From contig JBAZYG010000001.1 in assembly GCA_041659445.1 (NCBI GenBank), forward strand, positions 330,001 to 362,000: 32,000 bases of DNA, given 5' to 3'. Positions 23,368 through 30,997 of this stretch are shown here, one piece after another. Under the pieces are notes generated by a model. It had not been told where the DNA came from. It worked only from the letters and a program-made list of their open reading frames with translations, and did no database searches. The translations under genes were made by a program, and so were the position numbers. The number at the start of each line of letters is the position of its first letter. Positions within the stretch are counted from its first letter, which is position 1. The DNA comes from Candidatus Saccharimonadota bacterium (lineage in GTDB: Archaea > Nanobdellota > Nanobdellia > Pacearchaeales > GW2011-AR1).

Positions 23368-23571
23368 TTATCTTTTCTTAAATAAATCATTCTGATTATT
23401 TCTTCCAACTAGATAATAAACTATTGCAGTAATTATGCTGAATATTATAGCAAGTATTATCCATAACACTTTCATGCCATCAGATAATTTTTTATTATTT
23501 ACAATAACATCGTATATTACCCATATAGCAGCAATAACTGCTAAAATTCCCAGTATTATATTAAAAAACAT
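23368..23571 (-). CDS. Small two-TM membrane protein, PLD-nuclease N-terminal (PLDc_N)-like
   Basis: ILGILAVIAAIWVIYDVIVN....MKVLWIILAIIFSIITAIVYYLVGR matches the typical PLDc_N small-protein pattern. AGGAGG lies upstream. Confidence 0.6.
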   Translation of the reverse strand: MFFNIILGILAVIAAIWVIYDVIVNNKKLSDGMKVLWIILAIIFSIITAIVYYLVGRNNQNDLFKKR

Positions 23572-23589
23572 TTTTCATTTTTCCTCCTT

Positions 23590-23685
23590 TTAAGTTTTCA
23601 TTATATTTTTTCCAGCAGGTCTATTTTTTACAGAACCTTTACCTCCAGGTCTTCCTGATTTTGCTCTTGATTTTGCTGCTTTCAT
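23590..23685 (-). CDS. Candidate unannotated sORF encoding a 31-aa basic peptide
   Basis: My own translation is MKAAKSRAKSGRPGGKGSVKNRPAGKNIMKT. GAGGTGG lies 5 nt upstream of the ATG. It fills the only gap in a co-directional small-gene run and is below the ORF-track length cut-off. Confidence 0.25.
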   Translation of the reverse strand: MKAAKSRAKSGRPGGKGSVKNRPAGKNIMKT

Positions 23686-23695
23686 TCTGCCACCT

Positions 23696-23932
23696 CTACT
23701 TTTTTTTGCCATTATTTCTTTCCTCCTTTTTTATCTTTTCTCGATTAAAAAACCAAACAATAAATAAAATTAATGCAATAAAAACTATAATTGAAAATAA
23801 CAAATTAAATCCGTAATATCCTCCCATCATTCCCCCTCCAAAATTCATCATTCCAAATCCTAAACCTCCAAAGAAGATTAAAACTAGAACAATCAATAAT
23901 ATTATCATTAGAGTGCTATTGTTATTTTTCAT
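23696..23932 (-). CDS. Small two-TM membrane protein with a Gly/Met-rich loop
   Basis: LMIILLIVLVLIFFGGLGFGMMNFGGGMMGGYYGFNLLFSIIVFIALILFIVWFF, then a basic tail. Confidence 0.5.
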   Translation of the reverse strand: MKNNNSTLMIILLIVLVLIFFGGLGFGMMNFGGGMMGGYYGFNLLFSIIVFIALILFIVWFFNREKIKKEERNNGKKK

Positions 23933-23955
23933 TTCATTTAAATAAATTTAATAAA

Positions 23956-24147
23956 TTAAGCTTTTTTTGCTGTATGGGCTATTATTGAAACTATAAGTAA
24001 CACTACAAAAATAATAGTTAGCCATTTTGCTATTGTGTATGAAACCCCTGAAATTATTCCAAATCCAAGTATTCCAGAAACTATAGCTAATATTAAGAAC
24101 AATATTGCCCAAACCAACCAACCGCCTACGCCTTTTTTATTTTTCAT
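23956..24147 (-). CDS. UPF0391/DUF1328-like small membrane protein (YtjA-like)
   Basis: LVWAILFLILAIVSGILGFGIISGVSYTIAKWLTIIFVVLLIVSII matches the YtjA-type pattern (LGFGG...AK...F). GGAGG lies 6 nt upstream of the ATG. Confidence 0.6.
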   Translation of the reverse strand: MKNKKGVGGWLVWAILFLILAIVSGILGFGIISGVSYTIAKWLTIIFVVLLIVSIIAHTAKKA

Positions 24148-24178
24148 TTTTTTCCTCCATTATATTAGAATTATTATT

Positions 24179-24535
24179 TTATAAGTTACGAAGATTCATT
24201 CTTTCCCAGAAATTGGGTTTGTATGTTTGTATACAACTTGTTTTTGACTCTTTGAAATTAATTTTACAATTTTTCTTAGTTTCCTTGTAATCAGAAGAAC
24301 ATTGTTTTGATACATTTCTATCTTTGTCTAAGTTTGAAGCATTACATTGCTCTAGTATATTCTTATTATCTTGGTAACATTCTTGTCTTACTTGTGATGC
24401 TTGTGCAACACAGTTTCCAAAAGTCATATTTTTAGAACTATTTTCAAAATCAGAATCATCTTCTGCCATAACAGTTGCAGATACTAGAACTATAAAAGAC
24501 ATTGCAACGAACAAAATTATTAATTCTTTTTTCAT
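24179..24535 (-). CDS. Secreted Cys-rich protein with a duplicated C-x10-C-x10-C pattern
   Basis: Signal-like N-terminus MKKELIILFVAMSFIVLVSATVMA. Six Cys are spaced x10, x10, x14, x10, x10. Confidence 0.55.
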   Translation of the reverse strand: MKKELIILFVAMSFIVLVSATVMAEDDSDFENSSKNMTFGNCVAQASQVRQECYQDNKNILEQCNASNLDKDRNVSKQCSSDYKETKKNCKINFKESKTSCIQTYKPNFWERMNLRNL

Positions 24536-24590
24536 TAATTAATATATTTTATCTTATTTATATAGTTGTGTTGTATGATTTCATACATCT

Positions 24591-24965
24591 TTAAAACTTC
24601 TGATCTCCACAAAAGTATAATTTTTCGTTTATTATTTTATCATCTTTCCAATGTTGAACATTTACACGATAAATTATTTTTTCTTCTTTGTTTTTATTTT
24701 CAATATTTATAGCCCATTCTGTCATAGAAACATTATCATCAATCCCTCCAAAAGTAACTGATTTTATTTCAGCGCTATTTAGTTTTTCTATTTCTTGAAG
24801 AAATATCATTTCTCTTTTTCTATTTTGTTCTTTTCCATGCATAGGGGGATTTCCATTTACTTGTATAATCACATTATCTCCATAATATTTTTCAAAGGCT
24901 TCCATAATTTTACCTTCTTTAATTAGATTATTCAGTTTTTCCACGTTATTTTTTAATTTTATCAT
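24591..24965 (-). CDS. NTF2-like / SnoaL-like fold protein
   Basis: MEAFEKYYGDNVIIQVNGNPPMHGKEQNRKRE...SMTEWAINI...VNVQHWKDDKIINEKLYF resembles SnoaL-like small proteins. Confidence 0.5.
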   Translation of the reverse strand: MIKLKNNVEKLNNLIKEGKIMEAFEKYYGDNVIIQVNGNPPMHGKEQNRKREMIFLQEIEKLNSAEIKSVTFGGIDDNVSMTEWAINIENKNKEEKIIYRVNVQHWKDDKIINEKLYFCGDQKF

Positions 24966-25041
24966 CTTTGGTTTATTGTATAAATTTATTTTATTTTTTT
25001 AAGAAAACTAAACCCTCTGGAAGGATATAATTAATTTCTAA

Positions 25042-25314
25042 TTATTTATGTTCCAGAGAGTCAATTTTTAAATTGAGGTTGTTTTTTTGCATCATAATTT
25101 TTTGCATCATAAAAGATTCAGGATTATTAGCAATAGGAATAAATTTCATTCGAGTCTCTTTAGTTAGTCCAATAATAGGTGTTATTTTTTGCACCTTAGC
25201 ACTAACAACTAGTCCATCTTCTTCTCTTCTTGTTATCCATCTGTAACTTCCTTTTTGTCTTATTGCATTCCTGTATTTTATTTTAACTACTTGCTCATTT
25301 TTTGTAGTTTTCAT
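25042..25314 (-). CDS. Hypothetical small basic protein (90 aa)
   Basis: The ORF lies 5 nt downstream of the repeat-protein gene on the same strand. No motif recognised. Confidence 0.4.
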   Translation of the reverse strand: MKTTKNEQVVKIKYRNAIRQKGSYRWITRREEDGLVVSAKVQKITPIIGLTKETRMKFIPIANNPESFMMQKIMMQKNNLNLKIDSLEHK

Positions 25315-25319
25315 TTTCT

Positions 25320-25676
25320 TTAGATAAAAATAAAAGAAGCCCCAATTGCTAAAACTGCTACAATCAATAAAAATACTGTCAAGCCTATACTTGGACCATC
25401 TCTTATTTCTCTTCTATTAGCAGTTAATTCATCGTTTCTCAATCTATTTCCTCCTAAAATTTGATCTGCCTTAAATCTTCTTTCTCCAGTTAGTTCGTCA
25501 TTTCTGATTCGATTATCTCTTGTTGTCTTGCTTGCCCTTACCCATCTATCTATATTAGCTCTTCTTTCTGTAGTTAGTTTATCATTTCTGATTCGATTAT
25601 CATCCATGGTATTATCTGCTGCTTCCCTTCTATCCATAGTTGCTAGATCATTTTCCATTCTTTGTTTATTTGTCAT
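25320..25676 (-). CDS. Tail-anchored membrane protein with three NR[IL]RND[EK]LT-x-[EN]RR repeats
   Basis: The preferred start is ATG 25676 (MTNKQ...), which has GGAGG 9 nt upstream; the ORF track starts at 25712. The repeats are DNRIRNDKLTTERR, DNRIRNDELTGERR and GNRLRNDELTANRR. The single C-terminal TM is GLTVFLLIVAVLAIGASFIFI. Confidence 0.55.
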   Translation of the reverse strand: MTNKQRMENDLATMDRREAADNTMDDNRIRNDKLTTERRANIDRWVRASKTTRDNRIRNDELTGERRFKADQILGGNRLRNDELTANRREIRDGPSIGLTVFLLIVAVLAIGASFIFI

Positions 25677-25781
25677 TTTATTTTTGCCTCCATTATAATA
25701 TATTTTAGACAATGAAGTATATATGCTAGAGCAGTAGTTGAGTATAACTGTTGTATGAGAAGAGACTTTTATTGTAAATAA

Positions 25782-26537
25782 TTAAACAACTTTTTTAGAA
25801 TAATCCCAAAGAATATTATAAAGATCAAGATATTCTTTTGCAACAATATCATTTTCTATTATAATTGTATAAATTGGATGAATCCATAGGGTAATATAAA
25901 CAGAATCATTACAAACTATTTGTGTTATTTGAGAAGTTTTCGATTGTTGATTTTTAGGCAAAAGTTTTGCTTCTGTAAATTTTAAATTACTAAGCGCTTT
26001 AATTTCTTCTTCTGGAAGTTTATAAAAAAGCAGTTTAAGTTCAATTTGTTTTTTTATTCTTTCGAGATGAAAGGAATGCATTAATTTATCATTAAGAACG
26101 TTGATTATGCTCTCATTTTCTGCAAGACCATAAATCCAGATTTCTGATTTTTTTTCTAATAAACTAAATAAAATGCTTTTTATAGCATTTAATCCTTCGA
26201 GAGTATAAACTTTTGGAGTCTGACCCGACACATAAGTTGTTTTTATATAGTTCATTGCAGATTTCAAGTTCTCTAACTTATCTTTTTCTTCATTAATAAT
26301 TAAATCAGTTGATAGAGCAGCAAATACTTGTTTTCCTTCTTTATTAGATAAATAAACTAAATTTCTTTCTTTAAGTTTTGTTAAAGTATCATATACATTA
26401 GCCCTATGCATTCGTGTTCTTTTTGAAACTTGTGTTGCAGTAGATTCTTTATTTTTTAACAAGTCTAAATAGATTATTGTTTGCATTTTAGGTATGCCTA
26501 CAGATTCAAAAGCCTTTAGTATTTGTTCTTCAGTCAT
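25782..26537 (-). CDS. TrmB-family transcriptional regulator
   Basis: The N-terminal winged-helix region is FESVGIPKMQTIIYLDLLKNKESTATQVSKRTRMHRANVYDTLTKLKERNLVY, followed by a ~170-aa effector-like domain. TATATAAT lies 27 nt upstream of the ATG. Confidence 0.75.
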   Translation of the reverse strand: MTEEQILKAFESVGIPKMQTIIYLDLLKNKESTATQVSKRTRMHRANVYDTLTKLKERNLVYLSNKEGKQVFAALSTDLIINEEKDKLENLKSAMNYIKTTYVSGQTPKVYTLEGLNAIKSILFSLLEKKSEIWIYGLAENESIINVLNDKLMHSFHLERIKKQIELKLLFYKLPEEEIKALSNLKFTEAKLLPKNQQSKTSQITQIVCNDSVYITLWIHPIYTIIIENDIVAKEYLDLYNILWDYSKKVV

Positions 26538-26761
26538 ATTTTAGTTAAGATGACTTATTATATAGTTTTATCTGTTTTACAAAAAAAGAAATTGAATATT
26601 TAATTCCTTAATTTAACTCATACACGAGAATTAATTGTTTTATAAAACTAAAATAGAAACATTTTTAAACCAAAAAATTCAACATTCTTTATTATTACAG
26701 AGTTATTAATGCCTCTAGAGCTATCTGTATTAAAATTTAAAAAACACCGACGGAAAACAAC

Positions 26762-26968
26762 ATGCATATTCTACAACCAAAACACATCAAACTCTCTGAA
26801 AAAGAGGCTCAAAAAATACTTGAAGAACTAAATGTTTCTAAATCGCAACTTCCAAAAATTTATTCAACTGATGTTGCATTGCCTGAAGGTTGCCAAGTCG
26901 GAGATATTATAAAAATTGAAAGAAAAGATGACGAGAAAATTTCTGTCTATTTTCGGGTTGTAGTTTAA
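26762..26968 (+). CDS. rpoH: DNA-directed RNA polymerase subunit H (Rpo5)
   Basis: PKHIKLSEKEAQKILEELNVSKSQLPKIYSTDVA...GDIIKIERKD...YFRVVV is the RpoH/Rpb5 C-terminal-domain pattern. It sits immediately upstream of rpoB. Confidence 0.85.
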   Translation: MHILQPKHIKLSEKEAQKILEELNVSKSQLPKIYSTDVALPEGCQVGDIIKIERKDDEKISVYFRVVV

Positions 26969-26969
26969 A

Positions 26970-29900
26970 ATGGAAAAACATTTAGTTATTAAAAGATATT
27001 TAGAAAATCATTCACTTGTAGAATCAAATATTACTTCTTTTAATGATTTTATCGAATATCGAATTCAAGAAATTGTAAATGAAATTAATGAAACTATCGA
27101 GAACGAAGACTTTGAAATAAAACTTGGGAAAATTAGTATAGGAAATCCCATAATCACAGAGGCTGATGGAAGCACTTCTAGAATTTTACCTTATGAAGCA
27201 AGAATTAGAAACTTAACTTATTCTGCACCAATTTTTCTTGAACTAACTGTAAAGAAAGATGGAAATGTTGATTCAGAAATTGTAGAAATTGGAAGAATAC
27301 CAATCATGGTAAAAAGTAAATTTTGTAATACTAAAGAAATGGATAAAGAAACATTAACTTCAAATTATGAAGATCCAATGGACCCAGGCGGATACTTTAT
27401 TATTAAAGGAAACGAAAGAGTTATGGTAATGGCAGAAGACCTTGCTGAAAACCAACCATTCATCGAGGAAAATAAAAAAAATGAAGTTACTTTAAAATTA
27501 TTTTCATTAAAAGGAACTTATAGAATTCCAATCACACTTACAGAAAGTAAAAAAGGACTTTTTGAAGTTTCATTTAGTAGATTTAAAGATATTCCTGCAA
27601 TAATTCTTTTAAAAGCATTAGGATTAATAAAAGAATCTGACATTTCAAAATACATTGGAAAAGAAACCGACGATGTTATTGTTAATTTATATGAATTTGT
27701 TAACATTGCAACAAAAGAAGATGCAATGCTTTACATTGCAGAAAAAGCAAACTTGCAAGGAACTAAAAAAGAAATTTTAGATAGAGTTAGACAAAGAATT
27801 GATTCTTATTTTTTCCCACACATTGGACAATTAAAAGATGACAGAATAAAAAAAGCAGTTACATTATGTAAATTAATTAAACAATTTTTAATTGCAAGAA
27901 ATAATCCTGAATTAAGAACAGATAAAGACCATTATGCAAATAAAAGAGTTAGACTTTCTGGAGATTTATTAGCTACTTTATTCAGAGTTAATCTTGGAAT
28001 TTTAATAAGAGATATACAATATTCTTTACAAAAATCAACAAAAAGAAAAAAATATTTTTCAATAAAAGTTCTTGCTAAATCAACATTATTTTCACATAGA
28101 GTTGAATCTGCAATCGCAACTGGTTCTTGGACAGGTGAAAGAAGTGGAGTTACACAAAATATGGATAAAACAAATTATCTTGCAACAATTTCTCAATTGC
28201 AAAAAGTCTCAAGTATGCTCGAGAGTGGACAAGAAAATTTCAAAGCAAGAACATTGCACCCAACACATTATGGTAGATTCTGCCCTATTGAAACTCCAGA
28301 AGGAACTGAAATTGGATTAAGAAAAAATTTATGTATCTTAAGTAAAGTTTCAACAAGAGTTGATTTAAATAAAGATAAATTTTTCAAAGATTTGGAAACA
28401 CTTGGATTAGATAAAGAACGTGTCGACGGCTTTGAAGTGTTTTTTAATGGATTATATATTGGAAATGTTCCAAATCCAAAAACATTTGTTAAAACAATTC
28501 GAGAAAAAAGAAGAAATGATGAATTACCAGAACAATTAAGTATTAGAGAAGATGAAGGATTGCAAACAATAAATATTTCTACTGAACCAGGTAGAGTTTT
28601 AAGACCATTGATTATTGTAGAAAATGGCTCACCAAGATTAAAAAATGAACATTTAATACAATTAGAACAAAGAGAAATTGCTTGGAAAGATTTAATCAAA
28701 AAAGGAATTCTTGAATACATCGACGCTGCTGAAGAAGAAGAAACATTAATTGCACTTTCAGAACAAAATTTAATTCCTGAAAATACTCATATGGAAATTG
28801 ATAGCATTAGTTTAATGGGTGTTGTTACAAGTTTGGTTCCTTACGGAAATCACGACCAGAGTTCAAGATTAAACAGAGGAAGTAAAACACAAAAGCAGGC
28901 TTTAGGATTATACGCTGCAAATTATTTATCTAGATTAGATACAGATGTTTCTATTTTACAATATCCCCAAAAACCAATTGTTAGAAGTTTTATTTATGAC
29001 ACTTTGAAAGCGTATCCTGCAGGACAAAATTTAGTTGTAGCAATTATGACTTATGAAGGTTATAATATGGAAGATGCTTTAATTTTAAATAAAGGAAGTT
29101 TAGATAGAGGAGTCGGAAGAAGTTTTTATTTCAGACCTTACTCTGCTGTTGAAATGAATTATGCAGGAGGATTAAGAGATGAAATCGTTGCTCCTGACAA
29201 AGATACTTCTGGATATAAAACAGAAGAAAGTTATAGACTTTTAGACGACGACGGAATTATTTATCCTGAAGCAGATGTTAACGAAGGAGAAGTTTTAATT
29301 GGTAAAACATCGCCTCCAAAATTCTTATCTGAAGCTAGAGAAATTTCTGTTAGAACTAAAAAAGATTCAAGTGTAACATTAAGACAAGAAGAAAAAGGAA
29401 TTGTCGAGGCTGTTTTTGTAACTGAAGATGATGAAGGAAATAAAGTTGTTCAAGTTAAAACAAGAGATCCTAGAATTCCTGAATTAGGAGATAAATTTGC
29501 TACTTCACATGGACAGAAAGGAGTTGTTGGTGCAATTGTTCCTGAAGAAGATATTCCATTCACTATCTCTGGAATAAGACCTGATGTTATTTTCAATCCA
29601 CACGGACTTCCAAGTCGTATGACTGTTGGTTATTTATTAGAATTACTTGCAGGTAAATTAGGATGTGCAAAAGGAGAAGTAATTGAAGGTACTGCATTTA
29701 GTGGTGAAAGCAAACAAAGCATTGAAAATCAATTAATAGATTTAGGATTCAGATACGACGGTAAAGAAACAATGTATCACGGAATTACTGGTAAAAGAAT
29801 GATTTCAAAAATCTTCGTCGGAAATTTGTATTATTTGAAACTTAAATATATGGTTGGAAATAAAATTCACGGAAGAGCTTCTGGTAAAGTTGCATTATTA

Positions 29901-30218
29901 ACAAGACAACCTATTGAAGGTAGATCAAGAGGAGGAGCATTAAGATTAGGAGAAATGGAACAACAAGCATTAGTTGCACACGGAGCATCTCTTTTATTAA
30001 AAGAAAGATATGATTCTGATAAAGTTGTTTTACCAATTTGTTCTAAGTGCGGTTCTATTGCAATCGACGACAATATTAGAAATAAAAAAATATGCCATCA
30101 ATGTGGTTCTGAAGAAGTTGAACCTATTGAAGTATCTTATGCATTCAAACTTTTAGTTGAAGAATTACAAGGATTACATATTAATACTCAATTTAAATTA
30201 AAAAACAAATATGAATAA
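26970..30218 (+). CDS. rpoB: DNA-directed RNA polymerase subunit B, unsplit (1082 aa)
   Basis: GGYFIIKGNERV, HYGRFCPIETPEGTEIGL, NHDQSSRLNRGS, TSHGQKGV, MTVGYLLELLAGK, GGALRLGEMEQQAL, and a C-terminal zinc ribbon CSKCGS...CHQCGS. Confidence 0.95.
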   Translation: MEKHLVIKRYLENHSLVESNITSFNDFIEYRIQEIVNEINETIENEDFEIKLGKISIGNPIITEADGSTSRILPYEARIRNLTYSAPIFLELTVKKDGNVDSEIVEIGRIPIMVKSKFCNTKEMDKETLTSNYEDPMDPGGYFIIKGNERVMVMAEDLAENQPFIEENKKNEVTLKLFSLKGTYRIPITLTESKKGLFEVSFSRFKDIPAIILLKALGLIKESDISKYIGKETDDVIVNLYEFVNIATKEDAMLYIAEKANLQGTKKEILDRVRQRIDSYFFPHIGQLKDDRIKKAVTLCKLIKQFLIARNNPELRTDKDHYANKRVRLSGDLLATLFRVNLGILIRDIQYSLQKSTKRKKYFSIKVLAKSTLFSHRVESAIATGSWTGERSGVTQNMDKTNYLATISQLQKVSSMLESGQENFKARTLHPTHYGRFCPIETPEGTEIGLRKNLCILSKVSTRVDLNKDKFFKDLETLGLDKERVDGFEVFFNGLYIGNVPNPKTFVKTIREKRRNDELPEQLSIREDEGLQTINISTEPGRVLRPLIIVENGSPRLKNEHLIQLEQREIAWKDLIKKGILEYIDAAEEEETLIALSEQNLIPENTHMEIDSISLMGVVTSLVPYGNHDQSSRLNRGSKTQKQALGLYAANYLSRLDTDVSILQYPQKPIVRSFIYDTLKAYPAGQNLVVAIMTYEGYNMEDALILNKGSLDRGVGRSFYFRPYSAVEMNYAGGLRDEIVAPDKDTSGYKTEESYRLLDDDGIIYPEADVNEGEVLIGKTSPPKFLSEAREISVRTKKDSSVTLRQEEKGIVEAVFVTEDDEGNKVVQVKTRDPRIPELGDKFATSHGQKGVVGAIVPEEDIPFTISGIRPDVIFNPHGLPSRMTVGYLLELLAGKLGCAKGEVIEGTAFSGESKQSIENQLIDLGFRYDGKETMYHGITGKRMISKIFVGNLYYLKLKYMVGNKIHGRASGKVALLTRQPIEGRSRGGALRLGEMEQQALVAHGASLLLKERYDSDKVVLPICSKCGSIAIDDNIRNKKICHQCGSEEVEPIEVSYAFKLLVEELQGLHINTQFKLKNKYE

Positions 30219-30219
30219 A

Positions 30220-30501
30220 ATGAATACAGAACAAGAAACAAAATTAATAGATATGTCTAAAAAGAAATTAGAAGGTATTTTATTAAAGGATTTTATTAAA
30301 ATCAGAAATTCACTAGAAGATTTAGATCTTAATTATGGAAACCCTATATTAAATAAAAATCAATTAATAAGAAGCAATCAAAGATATAATAAAAATATAC
30401 TTAATTTCAGAGAAGAATATGGTTTAACCTTTACAGAAATACAAGAAAAATATGAAAAATTATTACCAAAAATAAATGAATACCTAGGAGAACAAAACTA
30501 A
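30220..30501 (+). CDS. Orphan ORF 1 inside the RNA polymerase operon (93 aa; 96 aa if started at 30211)
   Basis: A start at 30220 gives the same TAAAATG stop-restart junction used at the other operon boundaries. The alternative ATG at 30211 overlaps the end of rpoB. The protein is predicted helical, with no motif recognised. Confidence 0.5.
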   Translation: MNTEQETKLIDMSKKKLEGILLKDFIKIRNSLEDLDLNYGNPILNKNQLIRSNQRYNKNILNFREEYGLTFTEIQEKYEKLLPKINEYLGEQN

Positions 30502-30502
30502 A

Positions 30503-30757
30503 ATGGTATACAAAGAATTAATAAAATTTGATAATAAAAAAGATTATGAAAAAGCTAGAGAATATTTAAGAGCTTTAATTAAAAATACTGAAGGGTCATG
30601 CGTTTTTGATGATGAAAGAGATCATTACGAAAGTGTTAATAAAGAAATGAAAATAAATTTAGACAACAAAAAATTTGCAATTTCTGCAGAATGCAAATAT
30701 TTAGATGATCAAAGTTTTTTAGAAAAAAAATTAAATGAATTCAAAAAAACAAAATGA
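30503..30757 (+). CDS. Orphan ORF 2 inside the RNA polymerase operon (84 aa)
   Basis: TAAAATG junction with ORF 1 and an ATGA overlap with ORF 3. No motif recognised. Confidence 0.5.
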   Translation: MVYKELIKFDNKKDYEKAREYLRALIKNTEGSCVFDDERDHYESVNKEMKINLDNKKFAISAECKYLDDQSFLEKKLNEFKKTK

Positions 30758-30996
30758 CAAATCAAAGTTATCAAACAATAGAAGCAAATGAAAAAGGTTA
30801 TGATGAAATGACTTCTTTTTTAGGGCAAAGCGGGTTTAACTTAGATAGAACTTCTAAAAATAAAAATTATTGGAGAAAGGGTGATTATGTTGTTAAACTT
30901 ATATCCTCTAAAAATAAAATTGAACTGATTAATGTTGATGATTTCACAAGAAAAAGTTTAGAATATATAGCACAACAGGAGAAAATAAGAAACTAA
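30754..30996 (+). CDS. Orphan ORF 3 inside the RNA polymerase operon (80 aa)
   Basis: ATGA overlap with ORF 2 and a TAAAATG junction with rpoA'. Its N-terminus is loosely similar to that of ORF 2. Confidence 0.5.
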   Translation: MTNQSYQTIEANEKGYDEMTSFLGQSGFNLDRTSKNKNYWRKGDYVVKLISSKNKIELINVDDFTRKSLEYIAQQEKIRN

Positions 30997-30997
30997 A

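Noticed and set aside
22092-26540. An integrated virus or plasmid next to tRNA-Lys.
   Set aside because: I recognised no integrase, replication, capsid or packaging gene. No repeat of the tRNA 3' part was seen downstream. The region instead holds small membrane proteins, an NTF2-like protein and a TrmB regulator.
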